DNA of 31,209 nucleotides from IMG/VR virus record IMGVR_UViG_3300030207_000882, positions 1 through 31,209 of that record; one strand, given 5' to 3'. A program made the translations under genes and the position numbers. The DNA comes from a virus (lineage: Duplodnaviria > Caudoviricetes). Below the pieces are notes generated by a model. That model was not told the DNA's origin and ran no database searches. It worked only from the letters and a program-made list of their open reading frames with translations. Below are positions 8,510-17,674 of this stretch, in pieces; the stretch's first letter is position 1, and each line of letters opens with the position of its first letter.

Positions 8510-9692
8510 GGGCATGATGGGGCGAACTTCTGATACCCGTATGTACTCACCTCGCTCGGAATCATCACACATGTTCCGTGCTAACCATGAAGATGAACGT
8601 ACACCAACTGGTAATGAAGACGCTAAAGACAAAGAGGCTAGAATGGATAGACGGCAGAAAAAGAAAGAAGCCGAAGAAAAAGAGGATAGAAAAATTCGCC
8701 ATATCAAAGTCCGTAGACATCACATGGGTCTTAACAAACCCGATGAGGCTGAAGAAGAAGGAGGTTTCAAACCTAGAGAATCTCCTAGCGAACCAACACC
8801 ACCACCGGGCTCCGGTGGATTCTTAACTAGCCTAGCAGCACAAGCAAAAGGTCCCGGTGCTGCCGGCGGTCAAATGATTCAGATGAGTGAGCCGATGGAG
8901 CACGCTTGGTCTGAGATTCTAAAGTCAAAGCGTAGGAGTGAAAAAAGACGTAAGAAAGAATTACGAGCGAAGTTTAGACCTTCCACTGGTAAATTCAAAC
9001 GCCCTCGTGGTGGTTATACTGGTCGCTCAGGCACGAGCGCTCGTGCTAAATTATTATCCCGTAATCTCCCCATGGGTCGCAAAACTGGTTTAATGCGCCC
9101 TCATTTGTCTGTTGAGATGTCACATCGTGGTATAGCAAGTAAACAACCCATGTCTCAAGCAGACCCTCAAGGTTACGGTCAGTTTAGAGGCTATCAAGAG
9201 CAGCAGAACATAATGGGTCAGATTAGACCTACTTCAGGTGCTAGACTACCAATGTCTCAAGTAGTTATGCCTCGTGCTCCTCGCCCACGTTTACACCCTG
9301 TTCGCACTCCTCCAATCCAGCCACCTCGACTTCGTCGCCCCCGATTAAACAGACCTAAAATGCCGGGTATGGTAACTATGAGTGAAGACCCTGTACCTGA
9401 AGGTGGTTTACTAAAGGCTAGGGGGCAGAATCCATACTTATTAGCGGAGGCTAGACAGGCCATCATTGCACTAAAGAAGTTAATGCGAGAGGTTAAGGAT
9501 AAAGATAGCAAAAAGAAAGGTAAGGGTACTCCTGATACTGCTGGTGCTGCTTCTAATCTTCCTAACTACCCAGCAAATAGCCCAAAGCAAACTACAAACC
9601 CTGAGGGTCCTACTGAAAGTGATACAGATGCTCGCCAGTTTGGTGTTGACCCTATAGGACATTATATTGGTCGAGGGGGAAATAGAGCGTGA
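8502..9692 (+). CDS. Basic, Arg/Pro-rich, disordered protein, possibly virion-internal or DNA-binding
   Basis: GGAGGTGA RBS favours GTG 8502. Contains HAWSEILK|S and GLLK|A motifs. Confidence 0.7.
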   Translation: MTEGMMGRTSDTRMYSPRSESSHMFRANHEDERTPTGNEDAKDKEARMDRRQKKKEAEEKEDRKIRHIKVRRHHMGLNKPDEAEEEGGFKPRESPSEPTPPPGSGGFLTSLAAQAKGPGAAGGQMIQMSEPMEHAWSEILKSKRRSEKRRKKELRAKFRPSTGKFKRPRGGYTGRSGTSARAKLLSRNLPMGRKTGLMRPHLSVEMSHRGIASKQPMSQADPQGYGQFRGYQEQQNIMGQIRPTSGARLPMSQVVMPRAPRPRLHPVRTPPIQPPRLRRPRLNRPKMPGMVTMSEDPVPEGGLLKARGQNPYLLAEARQAIIALKKLMREVKDKDSKKKGKGTPDTAGAASNLPNYPANSPKQTTNPEGPTESDTDARQFGVDPIGHYIGRGGNRA

Positions 9693-11980
9693 GAGCGGTC
9701 CTCGTCAAAAAAGCAATCGACATCCTGTTGAAGGGTGACGGTAACTATGCTTATTTTGGCGGAGTCCCTCATTTAATTTCCAACCCTCCTCCTGAGGCTT
9801 TTGGTCATAGTATACACAAAGACAAACCTATTGATGCTCCTTTATTTGCTCATTATGGAAACTCTCGGCCACACGAATCTGCTCATGCTGGTATGGGTGA
9901 ACTATTACCGGGTCAGTTTGTTAGAGGTAAGCACGGTAATTTAGCGTATCAGAGTGACGGATTCAATCATTATCACGGACATGATGGAGTTTGGCATCAT
10001 TTAGGTGAAGCCTTAGAGAGAGCAGGTATTACTGACCTAACTGCTGAAGACATGTTAAATGCGGCTATTTACAGATATAATCAAAATCACAAAGACGATA
10101 GCCGTCATCACCATTTACCTGAAGCAGATTCTCCTGAGTGGAGACAAATTAAAGCGGCTGCATATAACGCAAATATGACTCCTAGTGAGCGCCCTAATCG
10201 TAGTAATGACGGAGATTTCATCACCGCTTTTACAAACAGACCTAATCGTAAGGAAAAAATTGGTCATTTCGTAGAGAGTTACTCAGTTCCTTACTACAAT
10301 GAACTCAGAGAACTAGCGCAAAACTTAGGTCTTAACGATATACTCTCAACTGAATGGCTTACTAGAGGTCACATATCTATTGACGATTTACATCCTGCTG
10401 GTCGTAGATTAAGAGGCCGTGGAGGTGACATGATAGGCCCTGATGGTCAACTACCTGACTCTCACATATCTAACGCTCCGGGTGATGTAGCACATTCTCC
10501 GGCATTCAATAAAATACAATCATGGGAAGTAGCGCAGCATTTCCCTGATTTGATGCACTACAAATTGGCTACTCAGCGCTCAGGTAACCTAGAAACTAAG
10601 CGTAGTGCTCGTGGTCACATAAAAGAAGCAATGAAGCGAGCGGCAGAAAATCCCGATATTATTCCTGATGTTATGGTTCCCATTAACACTGCTCAGACAA
10701 GTGGTGGCACTAATTATTCCATGCAGCCCTTAGCATCTGTTTTACAAAATGAAGAGATGACTAAGAATCTACTTGATGAGTTAGGTAGTACCTCGGCGTT
10801 GACAGCGTTGTTTGGTAGACTAAAATCAGGAGGTACAAAAAGACCTAACTCAGGTGCTAGAATTTTCAACCATCTCCTAGATGCGTTTGGTGGTGACCCT
10901 GACGAAGAAGGTAATAGAAGTCGATACGACATGCTATTACAGCACTCTATACAAGGAGAGCACATTCCACTAGAGCCTGAGTTTATGTCAGGGGCAAATC
11001 AAAACAAGCACCCTACTAAAAACGGGAGCACTCACAAAAATGCTGCTCAATTATGGGCTAAAGCGTTGATGGGTGAACATGAGGAAGGACTAGACCCATT
11101 AAGAGAATACAGACCTGACCCTGAGATACTTTCTAGTTTAGGTGTAACAAGTGAAGGTATTCAACAAGAGCAAGTAGATGCTCGCCGTGCTGCTGTTGAA
11201 GGAATAGCAAATCTAATGGCAAGGGCTTTTGGTCACCAAGAGGAAAGACCGATGCCGACTAAAGAAGAATTACCAACATCAGGACTCGCATCACGTCAAG
11301 TCATGGGTTATCCTCAAGATTTAATTCCATCAATACCCGAGCATGTTCCTTTCACTGCTGATTTAGCAATGGCTCCATCAACACCTACTCCTGACCAAAA
11401 TCCAAGACCAACCGCTGCTCCTAGACCAGTCACAGAAACATTACCAACAGCAGCAGCGCCAGCGCCAGCGCCAGCGCAAGTAGGTGTAATGCCTAGAGGT
11501 CGTTTAACACCTAGACAACAACAGGCACGTGCAGCCGTTGGTGGATTTAGTGCTCCTGATTTACGTGCTTTTATGCAGCAAACTGGATTGGGCCCAGCAG
11601 CAGGTGCTGGCTCTGAGTTAACGCCACAGGAGCAGCAATTCCAGCAAACATTTGGTGACCCACGTCAGCGCTTACTTACTGAATACATGAAGGGTCAAGA
11701 CAGACTCTTGCCGGAGGCTGATAGATTGATGAAGGCTATGGAGAATATGCAGCGTGATGATGCTATGATGAATAGCGATGTCATGAAACATATACTAGTA
11801 CGCCCAGTCAATGTTGCTGATAACACTGGCATTCAATATCTTGCCAAGCAGGTGGGACTTACACCTACTGACGTGCGCTCAATAGCACATCAAATGGGTG
11901 ACTGGGATAGAATAGCAAAGAGACTGAATGTTAGTTCTGATGTTATCAAGGTCGTAAAACTTAGTGTAGGGGGTATCTAA
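9689..11980 (+). CDS. Large hypothetical protein (763 aa) with a His-rich N-terminal region and C-terminal HTH-like motif
   Basis: Long ORF with a VLVKK|A..LLK|G leader, a Pro/Ala linker and the C-terminal DWDRIAKRLNVSSDVIKVVK. Confidence 0.75.
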   Translation: MRAVLVKKAIDILLKGDGNYAYFGGVPHLISNPPPEAFGHSIHKDKPIDAPLFAHYGNSRPHESAHAGMGELLPGQFVRGKHGNLAYQSDGFNHYHGHDGVWHHLGEALERAGITDLTAEDMLNAAIYRYNQNHKDDSRHHHLPEADSPEWRQIKAAAYNANMTPSERPNRSNDGDFITAFTNRPNRKEKIGHFVESYSVPYYNELRELAQNLGLNDILSTEWLTRGHISIDDLHPAGRRLRGRGGDMIGPDGQLPDSHISNAPGDVAHSPAFNKIQSWEVAQHFPDLMHYKLATQRSGNLETKRSARGHIKEAMKRAAENPDIIPDVMVPINTAQTSGGTNYSMQPLASVLQNEEMTKNLLDELGSTSALTALFGRLKSGGTKRPNSGARIFNHLLDAFGGDPDEEGNRSRYDMLLQHSIQGEHIPLEPEFMSGANQNKHPTKNGSTHKNAAQLWAKALMGEHEEGLDPLREYRPDPEILSSLGVTSEGIQQEQVDARRAAVEGIANLMARAFGHQEERPMPTKEELPTSGLASRQVMGYPQDLIPSIPEHVPFTADLAMAPSTPTPDQNPRPTAAPRPVTETLPTAAAPAPAPAQVGVMPRGRLTPRQQQARAAVGGFSAPDLRAFMQQTGLGPAAGAGSELTPQEQQFQQTFGDPRQRLLTEYMKGQDRLLPEADRLMKAMENMQRDDAMMNSDVMKHILVRPVNVADNTGIQYLAKQVGLTPTDVRSIAHQMGDWDRIAKRLNVSSDVIKVVKLSVGGI

Positions 11981-12985
11981 ATGGGTGATGTCTTAGTGCG
12001 TAAGAGCATTTCTGTTCAACAACAAATCGGTCAGCCACCGAGTGTATTTCTTGACCCTTTTGCTAGTGGAAGCAAAGGAAATGCTCTGCCTTTAAGAAAT
12101 CCTACTGGATTAGAAAGAACACCTAGAGCGGCAGCGGGGGCCAAACAAGCAGGTGTTCAAGCAGCAGGGGATTTGGCTAGATTAAAAAGAACTTCTGCGA
12201 TACCGCTTACTGACCCGAATGACCCTAACTATGATGGTCAAGCATTAAGAGAGCAAAACAGGATAGATAGGGCAACAATGCAAGACCTAGTAGATAATGC
12301 TGCTCTTAGAAGTCTTCAAGAGCAAGTGGCTGTTAAGAACTTTCAAAGATTACAAAATTACGAAAAATATAACCCTAACCTAAGAGATAGAGCAGCGGAG
12401 CGTGCAGGTAAAGTTGGAGTCTTAGGTTCTACAGCAGGGAAAGTTCTAGGTGGAGCGCTCGGTCTACTAACTGGTGCTACAGCCTTATCTGATGCTAGTG
12501 CTGCTGGTCAAGATTTCACTACTGGCTTAATGGGAGCAGGTCTAACTGGGGCTAGCACTTATGCTCAAACTGCACCTACATTAGCACGATATGGTGCTAA
12601 GGCTGGTGGTAGAATAGGTAGTGCTAGTGTTATTGCTCCTCATAGAGCGATGAATCGAATGGATAACCAACCTACAATGTTAGCGAGGGGAATTGACAAT
12701 ATAAGAAATCGAGTTACTAAACCCGTAGCAGTGACACCTACAGTTGCTCAGCCTACAGTTACTCAGCCTACTGTGAATGTAGTACCCGGTACTGAAAAAG
12801 AGGGTACTGCTCAAACCACCATAACTGGTCAACCAGCGCCAGCGCCAGTGGCAGAGCCGACACAACCACCAGTAATGGTTCAACCGACACTTCAAGAGGC
12901 TATTAAAGAGTTTGGGCCGAAAACTCCCAGTGCTGCTCCTGAAGCGGGATTTGAGGCGGCCACAGAATCCAACTGGTGCTGCTAA
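11981..12985 (+). CDS. Ala/Gly-rich protein, possible ejection or pilot protein; probably continues to 13082 through a +1 frameshift
   Basis: GxxxG hydrophobic stretch KVLGGALGLLTGATAL and a VLVRK|S leader. The +1 frame stays open to TGA 13080-13082, which overlaps the terL start. Confidence 0.7.
   Translation: MGDVLVRKSISVQQQIGQPPSVFLDPFASGSKGNALPLRNPTGLERTPRAAAGAKQAGVQAAGDLARLKRTSAIPLTDPNDPNYDGQALREQNRIDRATMQDLVDNAALRSLQEQVAVKNFQRLQNYEKYNPNLRDRAAERAGKVGVLGSTAGKVLGGALGLLTGATALSDASAAGQDFTTGLMGAGLTGASTYAQTAPTLARYGAKAGGRIGSASVIAPHRAMNRMDNQPTMLARGIDNIRNRVTKPVAVTPTVAQPTVTQPTVNVVPGTEKEGTAQTTITGQPAPAPVAEPTQPPVMVQPTLQEAIKEFGPKTPSAAPEAGFEAATESNWCC
12737..12774 (+). repeat. 15-bp tandem repeat (about 2.5 copies) encoding PTV(A/T)Q
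   Basis: cctacagttgctcag cctacagttactcag cctactgt. Confidence 0.8.
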
Positions 12986-13078
12986 TCAACCAGCCGCTGA
13001 TTTGATGGGAATGGGTAGTATGGCTAGTCAATCGTCTGCTGGTCAGCAAAAATTACCTAAACAAGAGGAGGAAGAGCA

Positions 13079-14560
13079 GTGACGAAGTCTGAGCAGATGC
13101 AGAAACTAGTTATCGAGATGGATAACAAGATGTCTGAGCGGTCCTTCCAGTATTTCTTTGAGACAGTGCTTGGGTTTGATTATGCAGCACATCACAAACT
13201 TTGGGATAGAGGTCTGAAGGAAAACAAATACTACTGTGTCAAAGCGAGTCGTGACCACGGCAAATCTGTATTCTTCATGTCCTATGCTCTATGGATAGCA
13301 GCCTACAACCCCGGCACTCATATCATGATATTCTCTCACTCACTAGAACAGACACTTGAGCACATGCGTTTTATTCGTAACAACATAGAAGGCGCTGCTT
13401 GTCTGAGAGAGTTGAAGCCTTCAGGTAAACCTTGGAGAAAGACATACTTTGAGTTCACCAACGGCAGCCGTATCATGGCAAAGTCTGTTGGTGGAGGAAC
13501 TCGTGGATTCCACCCTGATGTTGTACTGTGTGACGATATTCTATGGGGTACAACTGGTAGTGAACTACAACGTGCTGCTGACTGGTTCTATGGTGTATTG
13601 CTTCCTGTACTGCACCACACAGGTCGCTTGATGATGGTAGGCACACCGTTCAGTTACAATGACTTGTATGCACAGTTAGAGAAGACTGAGACATTTACTG
13701 TAGAGACATACCCTGCTATCAATAGAGAGGGTGTCGCTTTATGGCCTGAAAGATGGAACCTAGAGGCTCTTGACCAAAGAAGAATGTCAATGCCAGCGAT
13801 TCAGTTTACACGTGAGTATCTGTGTGAGCCTATACACGATGTAGCGAGTATGTTCCCAATGGCGCTCCTTGAAAAAGCACGTGACCATAATCTGAAGATA
13901 CTCGATGTAGCGGATTCTGAATACGATGAGAATGGTGATAGAGTCGGTGTGCTCGGCCATCACTTCATTGGATGGGATACTGCGATTGCATCTGATAAGA
14001 ATGCTGACTACACCGCTATGACTGTTCTAAGAACATTACCTGATGAGGATGTAAAGCAAATCGTGGGTATAGTACATGAGCAGGGTATGGGTTCAGCAGC
14101 GCAGAAGCGTCAGATTATTTTACTCAACAACAAGTTCCAGCCTGACTTAATTGAACTAGAAGGTAACAACTTCCAGCGGATGTTTGCTATGGAACTTCAA
14201 GACATTCGCCAAGACATTCCTATTCGCACATTTATGACAACACGAACACGCAAAGAGAGTTTATTCATGTCTTTACTCATGGCATTTGAGCAAGGGCAAA
14301 TCAAAACTCCGTATGGTGATGAGCGCTCCAAGAGATTTACACACAAACTCGAAGAGGAGTTGACACGATTCGGAATGCAAAAGAATGGTCGCCTTGAGAG
14401 CGTGGGTGTACATGATGACTTGGCGATGTCACTAGCCCTAGCAAATTGGGCTACGAAAGAGTTCAGAGGAAGTGTGGTAATGTTAGATGATTACATGCCC
14501 GGTTTCGATGAATGGATTACTGGTAAACCTAGAAAAAATGATGGATGGATGGTCCCATGA
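13079..14560 (+). CDS. terL: Terminase large subunit
   Basis: Walker A ASRDHGKS, Walker B VVLCDD, coupling motif VGTP, RNase H-like nuclease GWDTAI and HDDLAMSLALA, plus WPERW and FTREYLCEP. Confidence 0.95.
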   Translation: MTKSEQMQKLVIEMDNKMSERSFQYFFETVLGFDYAAHHKLWDRGLKENKYYCVKASRDHGKSVFFMSYALWIAAYNPGTHIMIFSHSLEQTLEHMRFIRNNIEGAACLRELKPSGKPWRKTYFEFTNGSRIMAKSVGGGTRGFHPDVVLCDDILWGTTGSELQRAADWFYGVLLPVLHHTGRLMMVGTPFSYNDLYAQLEKTETFTVETYPAINREGVALWPERWNLEALDQRRMSMPAIQFTREYLCEPIHDVASMFPMALLEKARDHNLKILDVADSEYDENGDRVGVLGHHFIGWDTAIASDKNADYTAMTVLRTLPDEDVKQIVGIVHEQGMGSAAQKRQIILLNNKFQPDLIELEGNNFQRMFAMELQDIRQDIPIRTFMTTRTRKESLFMSLLMAFEQGQIKTPYGDERSKRFTHKLEEELTRFGMQKNGRLESVGVHDDLAMSLALANWATKEFRGSVVMLDDYMPGFDEWITGKPRKNDGWMVP

Positions 14561-15351
14561 AAGAAGAGAAAGTTGGAAAGAAGCCTAAGGGAATGGTATT
14601 AGTTATCTCAGTTGGTAAGCCTACAGGTAAGAAGCCTGAGCGTGAAGCCGACCCTGATACTAAGAAGAAGATGATTAGCGATTATGAGAAAGAAATTTTG
14701 GAGCAAATAAGAAGCAACAGAGGTCCAGCAAGACATGTTCCAACTCAATTATCAGCAGAAACACCAGCAGAAAGAAGGGCAATACCAAGACCTGTTAGTC
14801 AAATACCAGCCGTTGATAGAACTATGACGGTACAAGAAGCAAATGAGTTTAATTCAGCGATGGCTAACACACCTGAAGCAAGGATGAGGCATTTGCAGCA
14901 CATGGCTGAGGTGGAGGCTAGGAAGCGAGCAGAAGAAGAAGCAGATGCGGCGTATCAAGAGCCTCAAGGAGAAACCAATCCAAACAGAATGGCACTGAAG
15001 GCTATCTTGAAAGGAGAGCCAGTAAATTTCTGTACTTGCTGCTCACCTGCTGAAATCGCTTGGGCTATCACTAAAGCAAAGAAGAAGTCTAAACCATTTC
15101 ACGGTTACAATCCAAAGCGCCATCACAAAAAGGGGGGGTTAAACGCTGCTGGTCGAGCCAAGTTCAAGCGTGAGACTGGTGCAAATCTGAAACCACCTGT
15201 TACTACAAAACCGAGTAAATTGAAACCCGGCTCAAAAAGGGCTAAGCGTCGTAAGTCCTTCTGCGCTCGTATGAGCGGTAGTAAAGGTCCAACCAGTAAA
15301 GATGGTAAACTGACACCAAAAGGCGCTGCACTAAAGAGGTGGAATTGTTAA
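14557..15351 (+). CDS. Modular basic protein with a C-terminal DUF6321-like domain
   Basis: GGLNAAGRAKFKRETGANLKPPV...RRKSFCARMSG...ALKRWNC is typical of marine phage head-associated proteins. ATG 14557 overlaps the terL stop. Confidence 0.7.
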   Translation: MKEEKVGKKPKGMVLVISVGKPTGKKPEREADPDTKKKMISDYEKEILEQIRSNRGPARHVPTQLSAETPAERRAIPRPVSQIPAVDRTMTVQEANEFNSAMANTPEARMRHLQHMAEVEARKRAEEEADAAYQEPQGETNPNRMALKAILKGEPVNFCTCCSPAEIAWAITKAKKKSKPFHGYNPKRHHKKGGLNAAGRAKFKRETGANLKPPVTTKPSKLKPGSKRAKRRKSFCARMSGSKGPTSKDGKLTPKGAALKRWNC

Positions 15352-15524
15352 TGAATGACCCATTTGATATATGCTTTGATGATTTAAGAAAGAAACTATG
15401 CCCTGAGGGTAAAGCGGCTGCTAAGCGCAAGTTCAAGGTTTACCCTTCAGCCTACGCAAATGGCTGGGCTGTGCAATACTGTCGTGGTAAATTCCGTAAG
15501 AAAAAGGGAGGCAAAAAGAAGTGA
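15351..15524 (+). CDS. Small basic protein (DUF5872-like N-terminal half)
   Basis: AAAKRKFKVYPSAYANGWAVQYC motif; TAATG overlap with the upstream gene. Confidence 0.65.
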   Translation: MNDPFDICFDDLRKKLCPEGKAAAKRKFKVYPSAYANGWAVQYCRGKFRKKKGGKKK

Positions 15525-15745
15525 ACATAGCCCTTGACCTTGCATGGAGTATTATTAAAGCAAAAAAAGATGCTCCTAACTATCGAGATGCAACCCCTGC
15601 TGAAATGCGAAAGGGGAAAAACTGTGGTACATGTAAGGCATGGGATAATTCAGCAACTAAAGACCCATTAACAGGTTACTGTGAGTGGTTCGATTTTAAC
15701 TGTCACGCTCATCATATTTGTGACGCATGGGTGGGAAGAAAATGA
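15521..15745 (+). CDS. Small Cys-rich protein, HiPIP-like
   Basis: PNYR...NCGTCKAW...GYCEWF...ICDAW, preceded by the LDLAWSIIK|A leader. Confidence 0.55.
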   Translation: MNIALDLAWSIIKAKKDAPNYRDATPAEMRKGKNCGTCKAWDNSATKDPLTGYCEWFDFNCHAHHICDAWVGRK

Positions 15746-16425
15746 ATAGTGTTTTAGTTCGCAAGAATCTGAACCGATGGTTCAAGGAAAAGTGGGTTGA
15801 TGTAAGCCGTAAAGACAAAGATGGCAAGCATCCACCTTGCGGGAGAAGTAAAGCAAAAAAGGGTAGCAAAGGCTACCCAAAATGCCGACCAAGCGTAAAA
15901 GTTAGCAGTAAAACTCCTAAAACTAGTGGTGAAATGACCAGTGGGCAAAAACGTGCGGCTACTAAACGTAAGCGGTCTAAGCGACAGGGAGTTGGTGGTA
16001 AACCTACTATAGTTAAGGGTAGAGATATGTCTCACTGCAAATGTAACGACCCGAAAGGATTCTCTTGTAAGGCACATTGTCGAAGTAAAGAAATGAAGAA
16101 AAGTGTGTTGATAAAAGCACCACGTATACCTCGTAAAAAGGGTCAACCTGCTGGCTCAAAGAAACATTCTGATTTGTACACAGATGAAAACCCAAAAGGC
16201 ACTATACATGGTCTAGGTTTCAAGAATCCAGCAAAGGCTCGTCAATCAGTATCTAAAATTAAAAACAGCAGTCGTAGCCACGCTCACAAAACACAAGCGG
16301 CTATCGCTATGGAGCAAAGAGCACGAGAAATGGGTAAGAAGCAAGAAGCCGGTGTATACCGTAATTTTATCGAGCAGCAAAAAAAGAAAACCAAGCAAAT
16401 GAAAAAGATGGTGCTAGTTAAATAG
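15742..16425 (+). CDS. Basic multi-module protein
   Basis: Modules LNRWFKEKWVD..CGR..YPKCRP and SDLYTDENPKGTIHGLGFK..AMEQRA are separated by IVK|G and VLIK|A. ATGA overlap at 15742. Confidence 0.7.
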   Translation: MNSVLVRKNLNRWFKEKWVDVSRKDKDGKHPPCGRSKAKKGSKGYPKCRPSVKVSSKTPKTSGEMTSGQKRAATKRKRSKRQGVGGKPTIVKGRDMSHCKCNDPKGFSCKAHCRSKEMKKSVLIKAPRIPRKKGQPAGSKKHSDLYTDENPKGTIHGLGFKNPAKARQSVSKIKNSSRSHAHKTQAAIAMEQRAREMGKKQEAGVYRNFIEQQKKKTKQMKKMVLVK

Positions 16426-16447
16426 AGGTAACTTGTGAGGTAGAATT

Positions 16448-17674
16448 ATGTGGGCTTCAGCATTAATAGATGACGACTTCGTAGTGAAGGCTGTCCCTAA
16501 GTCTGAAGAAATTGTTGAGGCTATTCGTAAAACTTACAGATTTGCTCCCAACGGAGACGGATGGTTCAAATCTAAAATGAACTGTACTGCTGATGATTTA
16601 GTTAAGAGACTGCGTAAAGCACGTAGACATAATAAAAGTAGTAGTAATGATATAGATGCTATGATAGATGATATTCGCACAATCAAGTCAATAGAAACTG
16701 AGATGACAATTAAGAATTTATCTTGGTCTACAGACTTAGAGCATTGTATCAAAGGTTTAGGATTGTCTGATAGAGGCTTAAAACATCTACGACAATTTGG
16801 TGAGTCCCGCTCAATTTCCTTACAAAAAGCATGTTTACTTTGGGACAAGGCAGAAATAACTCTGAAAATGTTAGATGAACATGAAGATGTATGGGGTCAA
16901 GAAGAGCAACAGGCGTGGGCCTCCGCTATGCGTGATAGAAGTGATGCTCGTAAGATGTGGCGCACTGCTTTATTCCAATCTGATAAACTCTCTAAATCAC
17001 AGCAAAAACATTTGAATTACGTAAGTGAGCAATTACTAACTAAAGGACCCATGCACATAAAAGACCTTCAAACTGACATGAATGAAAATAATATGTTAAG
17101 CAAATCATTCACATCTAGTAAGTTTGCTTCACTTTTGAACATGTACGGTGAAGAATACGACATTATGAAAGGTAGTAAAAAAGGCACTTATGTTAGATTA
17201 TCTAACGAAGGTTTAGTTCTCAAAGATGTATGGTCTTATGGTGCTGGTTTCCTAGATGCAGATGGTTACATAACTATCACAGAAAGAGGAGAGCCACGAG
17301 CAGGTATGATTGCTACTGGTGAAAGAGGTCGTGTTCATTGTGAAGACCTTTACAAAACGATGGATTGTGGTGTCTTGCAGTTAGATAACAAAGTTCACAA
17401 AAACTCTAATCGTAGTCAACATAGACTTCAATTCTACTCTAAAGCAGACCTTCGTAAGTTCTTAGGTGGCGTTCTTCCACATCTAAAAATGAAAGATACA
17501 CAAGCAAAAGCCGTTCTTGCTTTCATTGATGAGAAGGACCCTGTGCGTAAGGAAGAGTTAAAGCGACTGGTACGTTACAAGAATTGGGAGGATGACGCTA
17601 AGAAGTCCTCTCAACTACTCTCTACATGGGGAGTTGATGCTGACACAATAGGTAAGTATGCGGAGGGACTATGA
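16448..17674 (+). CDS. LAGLIDADG endonuclease-domain protein with a long N-terminal extension
   Basis: YGAGFLDADGYITI, and FLGGVLPHLKMKDTQAKAVLAF typical of LAGLIDADG C-termini. Confidence 0.8.
   Translation: MWASALIDDDFVVKAVPKSEEIVEAIRKTYRFAPNGDGWFKSKMNCTADDLVKRLRKARRHNKSSSNDIDAMIDDIRTIKSIETEMTIKNLSWSTDLEHCIKGLGLSDRGLKHLRQFGESRSISLQKACLLWDKAEITLKMLDEHEDVWGQEEQQAWASAMRDRSDARKMWRTALFQSDKLSKSQQKHLNYVSEQLLTKGPMHIKDLQTDMNENNMLSKSFTSSKFASLLNMYGEEYDIMKGSKKGTYVRLSNEGLVLKDVWSYGAGFLDADGYITITERGEPRAGMIATGERGRVHCEDLYKTMDCGVLQLDNKVHKNSNRSQHRLQFYSKADLRKFLGGVLPHLKMKDTQAKAVLAFIDEKDPVRKEELKRLVRYKNWEDDAKKSSQLLSTWGVDADTIGKYAEGL

Noticed and set aside
11455-11477. AGCGCC hexamer repeat (also near 12833)
   Set aside because: It simply encodes Ala-Pro linkers; an in-frame unit that cannot cause phase variation.
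16448-17674. LAGLIDADG as part of an intein or intron splitting terL or the portal
   Set aside because: There are no intein termini (N-terminal Cys/Ser, C-terminal His-Asn), and terL and the portal both look complete.
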